Source: Macrostomum lignano (lineage: Eukaryota). Taken from it: 64,000 nucleotides of DNA. The stretch covers positions 1-64,000 of the forward strand of contig NIVC01002395.1 in NCBI GenBank assembly GCA_002269645.1. The letters are read 5' to 3'. Every line of letters starts with the position of its first letter. Within the stretch, counting starts at the first letter, position 1. Below the pieces are notes generated by a model that saw only the letters and a program-made list of their open reading frames with translations, was not told where the DNA came from and made no database searches. The translations under genes and the position numbers were made by a program. Shown here one piece after another: positions 49,599 through 63,300 of the stretch.

Positions 49599-52500
49599 CA
49601 GTTCAGCTGCACTCGATGACACAGATTCAGTCAAGGGCCACCCATTTGCCAGGTTGGTGTGCAAAGCTTTGGATCTGCGTATATCATGCGATATGTTTGC
49701 AAACACATTCATTTTGTTTAAGTCTGGAGTTGCGCTCTCGAGACACGTTGATTTGATCTAGAGACATTTCTAATAGTTTTTAGCTGGTAGATCTTTAGGC
49801 ATCTATCACCAGATTAATCTCTTATATTGGATCTATAGACACTATTTTCATCAGATAGATTAGAGATCTGTAGACACTCATAGTTACATCTGTCAGATCT
49901 ATAGACACCCATAGTTACATCTGTCAGATCTATAGACACCCATAGTTACATCTGTCAGATCTATAGACACCCATAGTTACATCTGTCAGATCTATAGACA
50001 CCCATAGTTGCGTCTATTAGATCTGTAGACAGTCATAGTTACATCTGTCAGATCTATAGACACCCATAGTTACATCTGTCAGATCTATAGACACCCATAG
50101 TTACATCTGTCAGATCTATAGACACCCATAGTTACATCTGTCAGATCTATAGACACCCATAGTTACATCTGTCAGATCTATAGACACCCATAGTTGCGTC
50201 TATTAGATCTGTAGACAGTCATAGTTACATCTGTCAGATCTATAGACACCCATAGTTACATCTGTCAGATCTATAGACACCCATAGTTACATCTGTCAGA
50301 TCTATAGACACCCATAGTTACATCTGTCAGATCTATAGACACCCATAGTTACATCTGTCAGATCTATAGACACCCATAGTTACATCTGTCAGATCTATAG
50401 ACACCCATAGTTGCGTCTATTAGATCTGTAGACAGTCATAGTTACATCTGTCAGATCTATAGACACCCATAGTTACATCTGTCAGATCTATAGACACCCA
50501 TAGTTACATCTGTCAGATCTATAGACACCCATAGTTACATCTGTCAGATCTATAGACACCCATAGTTACATCTGTCAGATCTATAGACACCCATAGTTAC
50601 ATCTGTCAGATCTATAGACACCCATAGTTACATCTGTCAGATCTATAGACACCCATAGTTGCGTCTATTAGATCTGTAGACAGTCATAGTTACATCTGTC
50701 AGATCTATAGACACCCATAGTTACATCTGTCAGATCTATAGACACCCATAGTTACATCTGTCAGATCTATAGACACCCATAGTTACATCTGTCAGATCTA
50801 TAGACACCCATAGTTACATCTGTCAGATCTATAGACACCCATAGTTACATCTGTCAGATCTATAGACACCCATAGTTACATCTGTCAGATCTATAGACAC
50901 CCATAGTTGCGTCTATTAGATCTGTAGACAGTCATAGTTACATCTGTCAGATCTATAGACACCCATAGTTACATCTGTCAGATCTATAGACACCCATAGT
51001 TACATCTGTCAGATCTATAGACACCCATAGTTACATCTGTCAGATCTATAGACACCCATAGTTACATCTGTCAGATCTATAGACACCCATAGTTGCGTCT
51101 ATTAGATCTGTAGACAGTCATAGTTACATCTGTCAGATCTATAGACACCCATAGTTACATCTGTCAGATCTATAGACACCCATAGTTACATCTGTCAGAT
51201 CTATAGACACCCATAGTTACATCTGTCAGATCTATAGACACCCATAGTTACATCTGTCAGATCTATAGACACCCATAGTTACATCTGTCAGATCTATAGA
51301 CACCCATAGTTGCGTCTATTAGATCTGTAGACAGTCATAGTTACATCTGTCAGATCTATAGACACCCATAGTTACATCTGTCAGATCTATAGACACCCAT
51401 AGTTACATCTGTCAGATCTATAGACACCCATAGTTACATCTGTCAGATCTATAGACACCCATAGTTACATCTGTCAGATCTATAGACACCCATAGTTGCG
51501 TCTATTAGATCTGTAGACAGTCATAGTTACATCTGTCAGATCTATAGACACCCATAGTTACATCTGTCAGATCTATAGACACCCATAGTTACATCTGTCA
51601 GATCTATAGACACCCATAGTTACATCTGTCAGATCTATAGACACCCATAGTTACATCTGTCAGATCTATAGACACCCATAGTTACATCTGTCAGATCTAT
51701 AGACACCCATAGTTACATCTGTCAGATCTATAGACACCCATAGTTACATCTGTCAGATCTATAGACACCCATAGTTGCGTCTATTAGATCTGTAGACAGT
51801 CATAGTTACATCTGTCAGATCTATAGACACCCATAGTTACGTCTGTCAGATCTACAGACACCCATAGTTACATCTGTCAGATCTATAGACACCCATAGTT
51901 GCGTCTATTAGATCTATAGACACCCATAGCTGCATCTATCAGATCTATAGACACCCATAGTCACATCTGTCAGATCTATAGACACACATAGCTGCATCTA
52001 TCAGATCTATAGACAGACATCTCAACCCACCTACCCAGGTACAACTCTCTCAACCAGCTCACCTGTATTCTGTGCGGCTGCCCAGTGAAGTCCAGCTTAC
52101 TCTGGCGCGCCCATCTGGCCTCGCGCGGTCACCGGGCCAACGCGGAGGCGCTGCGGTCCCGCGGCGGCGACCGAGCCGTGGAGATCCTGTCCGGTGCCGG
52201 GCTGAAGCGCCGGCTGCAGGAGACGTCTGAGAAGCAGCAGAAGAAGCAGCCGTCGTCTGCTCTGGGCCTGGCCTACTCCGACGACGAAGAAGAAGCTGAG
52301 GACCCCGCGCCCAGCAAGAAATCTCAGCAACTGCATCAGAAACAATCGTCTGCTTCTTCTAGCCTGCTTAATAGGCAGCCTCAGCAGCAGAAGAAGCAAC
52401 AGCAACAACAGCAGCAGCAATTGCCCGAAGGCTTTTTCGACGATCCGGTAGCCGACGCGCGAGCCCGGAACGTGCCCTACAAAGACCGGATGGAGGAGGA

Positions 52501-53304
52501 GCTCGAGCTGTTCGCTAAGGAGATGCGCGACGCCCAGGTTGAATCGGACAAAATTGCCGAGCAGGCTGAAGAGGAAGCCGACAATGTGCGGTACCTGGAA
52601 GAGATTATCACGCAGGAGTGAGTGTCTTGGGGAATGTGTATTTTAATGATTGTTATGTTTAAATTGTGGATTCTGGGATCAGAATTATGTCAAATTCAGG
52701 GATCAGGAATATCCTCATCGTTCACGGATCAGGAATCCCCTTTAATCAGAGATGAGAAAAATCCCCATAATTCAGGAATCAGAATTATCCCTATTATTCA
52801 TGGATCAGAAAAATCCTATTATTCAGGGATCAGAAAAATCCCCACTATTCAGAGTTCAGAAAAATCCCCATTATTCAGGAATCAGAATTATCCATTATTC
52901 AGGGATCAGAAAAATCCCCACTATTCAGAGTTCAGAAAAATCCCCATTATTCAGGGATCAGAAATATCCTCATTATTCAGGGATCAGAAATATCCTCATT
53001 ATTCAGGGATCAGAAAAATCCCCGCTATTCAAAGTTTTCACTTATCCCCATTTTTCAAAGTTATCTATCTTAAATTATCCCACATGCATCGCACTCCCAA
53101 CTTATTCATCCCCACCCCAGGGAGACCTGGCATCGACTTAACGAACTTGAACTGTTGAAGGAGGCGGCGACCATCAAGCAGGAGGCAAAATCGGCGATGA
53201 AGCTGGAACCGGCAGCTGGCGACGGCTCGCCAACTGATGAAGCCGACATTGATGAGGCAGAGCTTGAGCTCGGATTGGACTGTTGGCGGAAAAAGAAATT
53301 ATAA
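49572..53304 (+). pseudogene. ZNF830: 5'-truncated ZNF830, copy 3
   Basis: Same as copy 2; starts at the second junction. Confidence 0.85.
49863..52017. repeat. 31-bp minisatellite, copy 3 (15 units more than copy 2)
   Basis: Offset rises from 8607 to 9072 = 465 = 15x31. Confidence 0.97.
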
Positions 53305-53785
53305 CTGGAACTATTGTAAGACTACTTATAGTAACGATCGTGCATATTAATTTTACTTTCTATTCAATAGCAAGCGCGTCAAGGCAGGATCACGTGACTT
53401 AGTTTTTTATCAATGTGCAGTGTAGAACAGATGTACATTTGCCAGCTGATTGGACAGTTAAATAAACCCTAAATAAAATTTATTTTTTAAATAATAAACT
53501 GTAAATAATTGGTCCGTTTGAATGTTAATAAAACAACCTATTAATTACTACGAATTTTTCCTTAAGTCGTTTTTTCACGATTATATGTTCTTGGTATTGG
53601 ATACTTTGGGGAGATGATCTAATGGGATGGCGCATGACTGCTTTGGAGCATGGGAAGCAATTAATTCCACGGGGGAATTTGATGCACCGCGTAGGGCGAT
53701 GGTGAGGCGGCGGAGATGGCTCTGCTGTCCAACGAATGGATAAAAGCTTGGGCTTTATGACTGCGTTGAGACCGATGAGACTGCC

Positions 53786-56700
53786 ATGGACAATTTCACT
53801 GTATCGAACGGTCATTTTCAACGGCAGGAAGGCGTTGCTCCGTTGTCGACGTCAACAGCTTCCATAGCAACGGTTGCTGGGGGCTACGATTCGCGCGACA
53901 TCTCGTCAGACGATGCGACATGGATATTGACGTCAACATTTATTATATTCACCATGCAGTCCGGTGCGTCTGGGGTGAAAGTCAGTTGAAGCGTAGATGT
54001 AATTTGGGCAATAGTGGAAAATTTCTTAGTACATTTTCTTGAAACCTAAAGACTCAACAATCTAACTGACCTAGATAAAGGCGGGTCGTAATCCAGTGTT
54101 CTGGCGCGGCGCTCTAATGTGCCAGCTAGCGGCCCAGGCTCGATTCCAAGTGCTGTCACATTGATTTTTGGGGCTAAATTCGAATCTCTGCTTGGGCCGC
54201 CCCCCCAGGCACAGGGAAGTGTACATGCCTAACCATAAATAAAGTTAGGGCCGCTGTACACTCCTGTGTGAGTGTGTGCCTGTGCGTATGACTGCGTATG
54301 CGTATTCGCGCGCTTGTGTGCCTGCTCAGGGGAGTCTGCGGAATGGGCAGTGATGCCTCTCGCCGGTTGTGTGACAATGTCGCACACAGCCCCCCTGCCT
54401 CCAATTGAAAAGAAACTGGGATACAACCAAAGTTATCAATTGATATTAAAGCTTTCTGTAAGGTTTTATCAATGTAAATTCTTAGAATATAGAATGGTTC
54501 GCTGAAACAGTGCCGATAAAGTAAATTTAAGTGCATGTGGCTCGTACTACTGTATAACATATATGTACACAAGGGCGCATGGGCGCCATGGCACCAGAAG
54601 CGTTAGCAACAGTTCTCACTTTGCTTTGGAAGGGGCATGGGCACTCCTTGCCCTCTACGAACCAGATATGTTATGTACTCGTATAATAACAATTGATTAC
54701 TGGGCAAGATGTTCAACCGACATCCTATTGCGATTGTTGCATCTGAAGGCTGCATACGGCTGGTCAGTCCAAGGACTGTGGGGTCGCCACACACACCCTC
54801 AATTACCCTAGCCAATGCTGGCACCCATTTTACAGCTGGGTGAACTGAAGCAATGCAGAGTTAAGCATATCTTACTCAAGGACACAAATTGTTCCGAGTT
54901 GGTCGAGAATCGAACCCCGACAACCCCAATTATGTCCTATGCATGTTGCGTATATGCGCTTCAAGGTCATTCTCCCCCCCCCTCACTCCGATCGTCTCCG
55001 CAGGCTTCGGTCTGCTCGAGTCCGGCTGTGTAAACCCTCGCAACGAGGTGAACATCATGGTGAAAAACGTTGTCGACGTTGTATTCGGCGGCGTCACCTA
55101 CTGGATGTTCGGCTACGCGCTGTCGTTCGGCGAGGATCCCGGCAACAACTGGTTCTTCGGCTGGGGCGAGTTCTTCGTTGACGCCAGCGTCGAATCAATG
55201 GGACAGAAGTTCACGACGTTCATCTTCCAGATGAGCTTTGCCACTACAGCCACTACGATTGTGTCCGGCGCGATGGCCGAGCGGACCAAGCTTACTTCGT
55301 ACATAGTGTTCTCTCTGTTCAATACCATCATCTACTGCATCCCGGCGCACTGGGTCTGGGGCAGGAAGGTGCGTCTAACACTATTAGTTGTAGTAGTATT
55401 AGTGTAGTAGCATCTCACCTAATAGTAGCAATAATAGTAGTATAACAATACATGTAATTAGTTATACTGACTTCCTAATTACTCCAATCCGAACAGGGGT
55501 TCCTATACGAGATGGGCGTCATTGACATCGCTGGCGTGGGTCCGGTTCACTTGCTGGGCGGCGTCACTGGCCTGATTGCCACGGTGCTGCTGCGGCCTCG
55601 GATCGGCCGATTTGAAGAGGGGAAACCGCCGCCACCCATGGGCTGCCCGACTAACGTTATGCTGGGCATGTTTATGTTATGGTGAGCAGTGTATGGGGTA
55701 GGGTAGCGGGGTGAGGTGGGTGTATGGGAGTTAGGGGGCAGGCGAGCAGAGTGAGGTGGGTGTGTGGAGTTTGGGGACAGGCGAGCGGAGTGAGGTGGGT
55801 GTGTGGAGTTTGGGGACAGGCGAGCGGAGTGAGGTGGGTGTGTGGAGTTTGGGGACAGGCGAGCGGAGTGAGGTGGGTGTGTGTGGATTTGGGGGGCAGG
55901 CGAGCGGAGTGAGGTGGGTGTGGATTTGGGGGCAGGCGAGCGCGGACTGAGGTGGGTGTCTGGAGTTGGGCCAGAGGAACTGAATGTCGTGAGGATGGCA
56001 AGATGATATAACAAGCAAATAATCTTTAAACTAGAAAATTCGAACCATAACAAACAGGTGGGGCTGGCTGGGCTTCAACTGCGGCAGCACCTTCGGCATC
56101 CGTGGCGGCAAGTGGAAGCTGGCGGCCCGCTCAGCCGTGGCCACTATCCTGTCGTCTATGGGCGGGGGCCTGACCAGCCTGACTCTCACGTGAGCTGGGG
56201 AATTAAAGCCGTATTTTTTAGACAGTCTCATCTATCCATAACACATATTCGAACTTTTCGAATATTCAACTTTCAGTTTTATTATTTGCAACAAGAAGTT
56301 CGACATCGGTGATATTGTGAATGGCGTACTTGGCGCCCTGGAGGCTGTGACAGGTTTGGTTGTTGAAAACTAACGTTAATGAATTTTTCTGTTAGTGCAT
56401 AATAAATCAAAAGTCATACATGTAATAATAAATCATGACGCAGGCATGTGCGCCCTGGCCCACCCCTGGGAGGCCATGGTGATCGGCATGATTGCTGGCA
56501 TAATGACCACCTTCACAACCCGCCTGGTTGAACGGCTCCGAATTGACGACCCGGTGGGAGTTGTGCCCGTGCACCTGGTCTGCGGCCTCTGGGGCCTTCT
56601 GGCTCCGGCCTTCTTTGTGGAAAATGTGCGTGCGAAATTGATTCAGCTTTGTTTAATCGTTTTTGTGGCTTTTGCGATGCAAAAAGAATGTAAATTCTTG

Positions 56701-58738
56701 TTGCTTTGCGGCTGGGATTCATAACTAAGGTAAATTATTTTCAGTTGCTATGCAACTGGGTCCGTAACTAAGGTAAACTATTTTCAGTTGCTATGCAACA
56801 GGGTCCGTAACTAAGGTAAACTATTTTCAGTTTCTATGCAACTGGGATCCGTAACTAAGGTAAACTATTTTCAGTTGCTATGCAACAGGGATCCGTAACT
56901 AAGGTAAACTATCCAGTTGCTATGCAACTGGGTCTATAACTAAGATAAAATATCCAGTTGCTATGCAACAGGGTCTATAACTAAGATAAACTATCCAGTT
57001 GCTATGCAACAGGGTCTGTAACTAAGATAAACTATTCAGTTGCTATGCAACAGGGTCCGTAGCTAAGGTAAACTATTTTCAGTTGCTATGCAACAGGGTC
57101 TGTAACTAAGATAAACTATTCAGTTGCTATGCAACAGGGTCCGTAGCTAAGGTAAACTATTTTCAGTTGCTATGCAACATGGATCTGTAACCGAGGTAAA
57201 CTATTTTCAGTTGCTATGCAACAGGGATCCGTAACTAAGGTAAACTATCCAGTTGCTATGCAACAGGGTCTGTAACTAAGATAAACTATCCAGTTGCTAT
57301 GCAACAGGGTCTGTAACTAAGATAAACTATTCAGTTGCTATGCAACAGGGTCCGTAGCTAAGGTAAACTATTTTCAGTTGCTATGCAACAGGGTCTGTAA
57401 CTAAGATAAAATATTCAGTTGTTATGCAACAGGGTCCGTCGCTAAGGTAAACTATTTTCAGTTGCTATGCAACAGGGATCTGTAACCAAGGTAAACAGTT
57501 TTAGCTGCTCTCTCTCTTTAGCTCTGGTAAAGGTCATACCTATGCAAATAAAATCTCGCACCGGATGACCCCGCCCGACAGGACATCCTGGAACAGATCA
57601 CCCGAGGCCGGGCCGGAATGTTCCGCGGCGGCGGCTTCTACCTGCTGGGCGTGCAGCTCCTGGCCGCTCTGTGCATTGTGACCTGGTCTGTGCTCGTCTC
57701 ACTGGCTCAGCTGCTGGTGAGTGCGGTTTAGAAAAAGGCGCGTATACTACTTTAAGTAGGAAAATGAATCAGTACTGGCTTGTTATTATTGTGGAAAAAT
57801 GAAGGTTTCTGACGTTACTTAAGGAGAATAGCGGTCCTTGGACAGCAAAGGAATAGAATAGCGGTCCTTGGGCTACACAAGAATCAGGAATAGAATAGCG
57901 GTCCTTGGGCTACACAAGAATCAGGAATAGAATAGCGGTCCTTGGGCTACACAAGAATCAGGAATAGAATAGCGGTCCTTGGGCTACACAAGAATCAGGA
58001 ATAGAATAGCGGTCCTTGGGCTACACAAGAATCAGGAATAGAATAGCCGTCAAAATGACGAAAAGTAGCCGGGTGATCGCAGGTAAATCACTTTAAAAGT
58101 ACATCGCGCTCCTCATCCAGGCGATCCACAAGCTGATGGGCCTTCGAGTCACCGCCGAAGAGGAGCTCCTTGGCGCCGACTACTGCGAGCACAACATCCG
58201 GCCGGTCAGCGAGATCCTTGTCCGCGAGCCCGTCCAGGACGACATGAACGACGACGAACGCGACGATGCCAGAGGCAAGTCGACGTCGTCGTCTCCGCCG
58301 ATGCCGCGGCCGCCGCCACCCCCTCCGAGGTCCAGCGGAGGCGTCCTCGGCGTCGTCAGCAGCGAGCTGAGCGTCACCCAACGGCCATCGACGCATCACG
58401 CCATCGGCAACCACGCCGTGACGATCGGCGACGCGACCGTCGACGGCGAGGCGTCCGCGTCGAATTTCCGACGACGACGCCGAGACGAGCTTGGCGCCGG
58501 CGAACGGAGGGACAGAGTGCTGGGCCGGCTGCAGCTGCTGGCGGAGGCTGGGCGGATGATGGGTAACGGCCTGCGCCCGCCGGGACTCGTGCCGCCACCG
58601 CAGCCTCCGATGCTGCATCAGCACCCGCAGCATCCCCAGCAGCAGCTCAGAAATCACAGTCACTTAACTGAGGGCCGACAGCTGCAGGCATCTCAGAGGG
58701 CTGGCCAGGACAACCCTGCCTTCGGCTCCGTGGTCTGA
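53786..58738 (+). CDS. Amt: Ammonium transporter copy 3 with the native C-terminus (...HQHPQHPQQQLRNHSHLTEGRQLQASQRAGQDNPAFGSVV*)
   Basis: Same exons; last exon continues into unique sequence past 58635. Confidence 0.95.
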
Positions 58739-58829
58739 GTGTGTGTACAGTCTTGGCCCTAAATGTACATGTACACTTGGCACTAAATGTGTACAGTCTG
58801 GCACTGTTTGTACACATGATGGAACTGAA

Positions 58830-59388
58830 CATGTACAGCCTGACACTTGGTATGTACAGGTACATATTGTGGAACTGTACATGTACAGCCTGACACGGTA
58901 TGTACAGGTACATATCGTGGAACTGTACATGTACAGCCTGACACGGTATGTACAGGTACATATTGTGGAACTGTACATGTACAGCCTGACACGGTATGTA
59001 CAGGTACATATTGTGGAACTGTACATGTACAGCCTGACACGGTATGTACAGGTACATATTGTGGAACTGTACATGTACAGCCTGACACGGTATGTACAGG
59101 TACATATTGTGGAACTGTACATGTACAGCCTGACACGGTATGTACAGGTACATATTGTGGAACTGTACATGTACAGCCTGACACGGTATGTACAGGTAAT
59201 ATCGTGGAACTGTACATGTACAGCCTGACACGGTATGTACAGGTACATATTGTGGAACTGTACATGTACAGCCTGACACGGTATGTACAGGTACATATTG
59301 TGGAACTGTACATGTACAGCCTGACACGGTATGTACAGGTACATATTGTGGAACTGTACATGTACAGCCTGACACGGTATGTACAGGT
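58830..59388. repeat. 48-bp minisatellite containing palindrome TGTACATGTACA
   Basis: Direct; 16-aa periodic pseudo-ORFs. Confidence 0.97.
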
Positions 59389-59892
59389 AATTGTGTCATC
59401 AGTCATTGGGAAATTCTCTCTGATTCACTGAATGTGCTGAATGTGATTCACTGAAAATCACCATATTAACAATACATAAATACTATCTGATATTTTATAT
59501 TATTTTATGCTACTATATATATGCACATAGGTACATAGGTAGGCATATGATCTTTATTCGTAAAACATCTAGAATAGGAATAGAGCCTAAGGACCTTGAA
59601 CTGAAATATTTCGGATATTGTTTGCTAATAAATTCATTCGAGTCAGAATTGTCTTATTAATGTCGAGGCTGCGTCCCGCGAAATTTCCTTGTTAAAGAAA
59701 GAACTCATTTTTTAACAAATTAAATTCAAGTTTACAAAGCAAGAAAAACTGCAGCAGAGATAAAACGCCAAACTCCACACGGTTCGCTTATTTTTCAACC
59801 GGGAAAAAGTTACATAAAACAGAGGTTTACCTACAAAAAATGCAACAAACAGGTTCAACAACTGAACTTGCAAGCACTCAAAAAATTTCTCA

Positions 59893-60258
59893 AATGCCAC
59901 CTGTCTCACCCAAATGCCACATGTCTCACCCAAATGCCACATGTCTCACCCAAATGCCACATGTCTCACCCAAATGCCACCCGTCTCACTCAAATGCCAC
60001 CTGTCTCACCCAAATCTCACCTGTCTCACCCAAATCGCACCTGTCTCATCCAAATCTCACCTGTCTCACTCAAATCTCACCTGTCTCACTCAAATCTCAC
60101 CTGTCTCACCCAAATCGCACCTGTCTCACTCAAATCTCACCTGTCTCACTCAAATCTCACCTGTCTCACTCAAATCTCACCTGTCTCACTCAAATCTCAC
60201 CTGTCTCACTCAAATCTCACCTGTCTCACTCAAATCTCACCTGTCTCACTCAAATCTA
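59893..60258. repeat. 20-bp minisatellite (CCTGTCTCACTCAAATCTCA)n
   Basis: Direct. Confidence 0.95.
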
Positions 60259-60385
60259 ATGTCCATAATCCTCACTCAAACACTAAGTCTCATAAAAAAA
60301 TTCATTCAAATTCTCTCTCATGTCTCGTTCGATCTTAAGCCGCTACAATCAGCAATTGAAAGTGTCAAAGTACACAGTGCACTCA

Positions 60386-63300
60386 TCAAGCTTCAACCGG
60401 CGGCGGTTTAAAGTGACAACCAACATAGCAACCGTTGTCAAGTGCGTAGCGAATCAAAGCCAGCCAGCAGGGGTCGGCAGCCAGCAGGTGCGGATTGCCG
60501 ACCACCACCAGCAGCCCGGCGGCTCTCGACACCGACACGTTGAAGCGGCGCGGACTGGCCAGGAAGCCGAGGCGGTGGTGCCGGTCGAAGGCCAGAAGGT
60601 CCGGCTGGCTGCGGACTGTGGACAGCACGATGGCCTGCCGCTCCTGGGGAAATTTCACCGGTATCTGTATGCAAAATTTCCTACCGGTGATTATCACCTG
60701 GGGACACCGGTTCACCGGCATCTGTATGCAATATTTCCTACCGGTGATTATCACCTGGGGATACCGGTTCACCGGTATCTGTATGCAATATTTACTACCG
60801 GTGATTATCACCTGGGGATACCGGTTCACCGGTATCTGTATGCAATATTTACTACCGGTGATTATCACCTGGGGACACCGGTTCACCGGTATCTGTATGC
60901 AATATTTCCTATCGGTGATTATCACCTGGGGATACCGGTTCACCGGTATCTGTATGCAATATTTCTTACCGGTGATTATCACCTGGGGATACCGGTTCAC
61001 CGGTATCTGTATGCAATATTTCCTACCGGTGATTATCACCTGGGGATACCGGTTCACCGGTATCTGTATGCAATATTTCCTACCGGTGATTATCACCTGG
61101 GGAGACCACTGCACTGGTAAATATCCCCAGGGGAGACCACTTCACCGGTAAATATCCCCAGGGGAGACCACTTCACCGGTGAATATCACCTGGGGAGACC
61201 ACTGCACCGGTGAATATCACCTGCGGAGACCACTGCACCGGTGAGTATCACCTGGGGAGACCACTGCACCGGTAAGTATCACCTGGGGAGACCACTGTAC
61301 CGGTGAATATCACCTGGGGAGACCACTGCACCGGTGAGTATCACCTGGGGAGACCACTGCACCGGTGAATATCACTTGGGAAGACCACTGCACCGGTGAG
61401 TATCACCTGGGGAGACCACTGCACCGGTGAATATCACCTGGGGAGACCACTGCACCGGTGAGTATCACCTGGGGAGACCACTGCACCGGTGAATATCACC
61501 TGGGGAGACCACTGCACCGGTGAGTATCACCTGGGGAGACCACTGCACCGGTGAATATCACCTGGGGAGACCACTGCACCGGTGAGTATCACCTGGGGAG
61601 ACCACTGCACCGGTGAATATCACCTGGGGAGACCACTGCACCGGTGAATATCACCTGGGGAGACCACTGCACTGGTGAATATCACCTGGGGAGACCACTG
61701 CACCGGTGAATATCACCTGGGTAGACCACTGCACTGGCGAATATCACCTGGGGAGACCACTGCACCGGTGAATATCACCTGGGGAGACCACTGCACCGGT
61801 ATCACGCCGGCAAACCCGCAGTCAGGCCATCCCTCACCTGTCCCTGAAACTCCTCTACCGAGGCCACTCGCACATCCGGCGAGTCGGTGGCCAGCAGCAT
61901 CGCCCGGATCTTCTCCGTCTGCTTCCGGTAGGGCGTCACCACCCCGATGCCGTCCTCCACGTCGGCCAGCCCAGGCCAGTGGGCGAGCAAATCGATGACG
62001 TAACGCGTCACCAGCACAGTCTCGGCTGGATTAAACCAGGACGGCGAGTCGCCTTCCCGACGATCCTCGCCGATAACGCCGTGGAATAGCAGCGGCAGGT
62101 GAGGATTAGGCAGACTCGGCCAGGTGAGAAACCGGTTGCCAGAGGCCGGATCAACGCACGGGATTAGCTCAGAGTGGTAGAACAGACTCGAGTACACTTG
62201 CAGCAGGCCCGGGTGACTGCGGTAGTTCTGCAGCAGCTTCGTGACCAGCAGGGGGTCGTAGCCGTCGTCCGGGTAGCGGCCGGGACAGCGAGCGTAGGCT
62301 GGCGAGGACTCGAGCAGGCGGTGCAGCAGCGACTCGCCAAGGCCGAACTTCTGCGCCCAGGGGGACTGGACCACCGGGCCCAGCTGCATGGGGTCGCCAG
62401 CCAGCACGACCTTTTAATTGGGGGGGTAGGGGAGAGTGTCGTTTCAGGTAACACTGGTAAAACAGGAAAGAAGTGACTCTAAGACGACTCTAAAACGACA
62501 AGATGTCACGATAGAAGTCGCCAAAAAGTCAACGAGTCGCCTAAGAGACTCACTTTTGTCTGCGTCTGATGTAACGGGATGTCGCGGGATATGGCAAGGG
62601 AAATTTTTCAAAAGTATCTCCGATCCCCGTGCACCTCCTGAGCAGAGCCGCCGAGACTGGGCCAGGTCTTTGACCAGGCCTGCTGACTCTCGCTCTGCTG
62701 CACCCCCTGCTGCCTCGGCTCCGTCTCCCACGCCGCCACGCATGCCTTTCCGGAGCCCCTCTCTGTACCTCACCCGCTACCCTGTTTCCCAGGCGTTCTA
62801 CCCTATCTATCATGTACTTTTCCCGCTTCCCATCTTTTTGTCTCTTTTTGCACTGTTTTCCTGCGCTGTCCCCCTCTTCTGGTACCTACTGACGGTACTT
62901 TGTGCGCTCACCGTCACCCCATCCCTTACTAAAACTCCGAAACGGTGACGCAAGTCTTGTGACCCCTTTTTCCCCTCGATGACTCATGCTTCAAGAGTCA
63001 GTTTGAAGCATTTTATTGCCTGCGATGCGACTCTGAGGCCGTAAGGTCATATCTGAGGCCAGAGTTGCTGTGGAGTCTTCCAGGCACCCACTGGCGCAAC
63101 GCCTCTGGCGAAATAATCCCACATCCAGCAGCGCTGAGGCGATTCTGCTCATTCCGCTGACTCCTGAGCTCTTTGCTATAGGGGCGTAGATGAGAACTGA
63201 TAAGAATTGGGGGGGGGGCGCAGACTGCTACTCCTAACCCGAACCCGACCAGCCTCTATCACCTGCTCGCTAGCCAGACTAATAGGCAGCAACAGCTCTG

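Larger units (their letters stand above)
31736..58635. repeat. Tandem segmental triplication: units 31736-40957, 40965-49564, 49572-58635
   Basis: ORF tracks recur at offsets 8607-8609 and 9072; identical junction CATCC-TGCAACT-TGCTGCAACTGCG at 40953-40977 and 49560-49584. Confidence 0.97.

Noticed and set aside
35990-54920. 1-bp differences between triplicated units (G run ~35990, C run ~36520, C run ~54915)
   Set aside because: All are in non-coding homopolymers, typical of long-read consensus error; not interpreted.
58647-60411. Cys/Tyr/His-rich repeat ORFs between Amt and MOV10
   Set aside because: Frames of the 48-bp and 20-bp satellites.
62570-62931. Possible solo LTR (TGTAACGGGAT...ATCCCTTACTA) in a MOV10 intron
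   Set aside because: The 3' end is not CA and no TSD was found.
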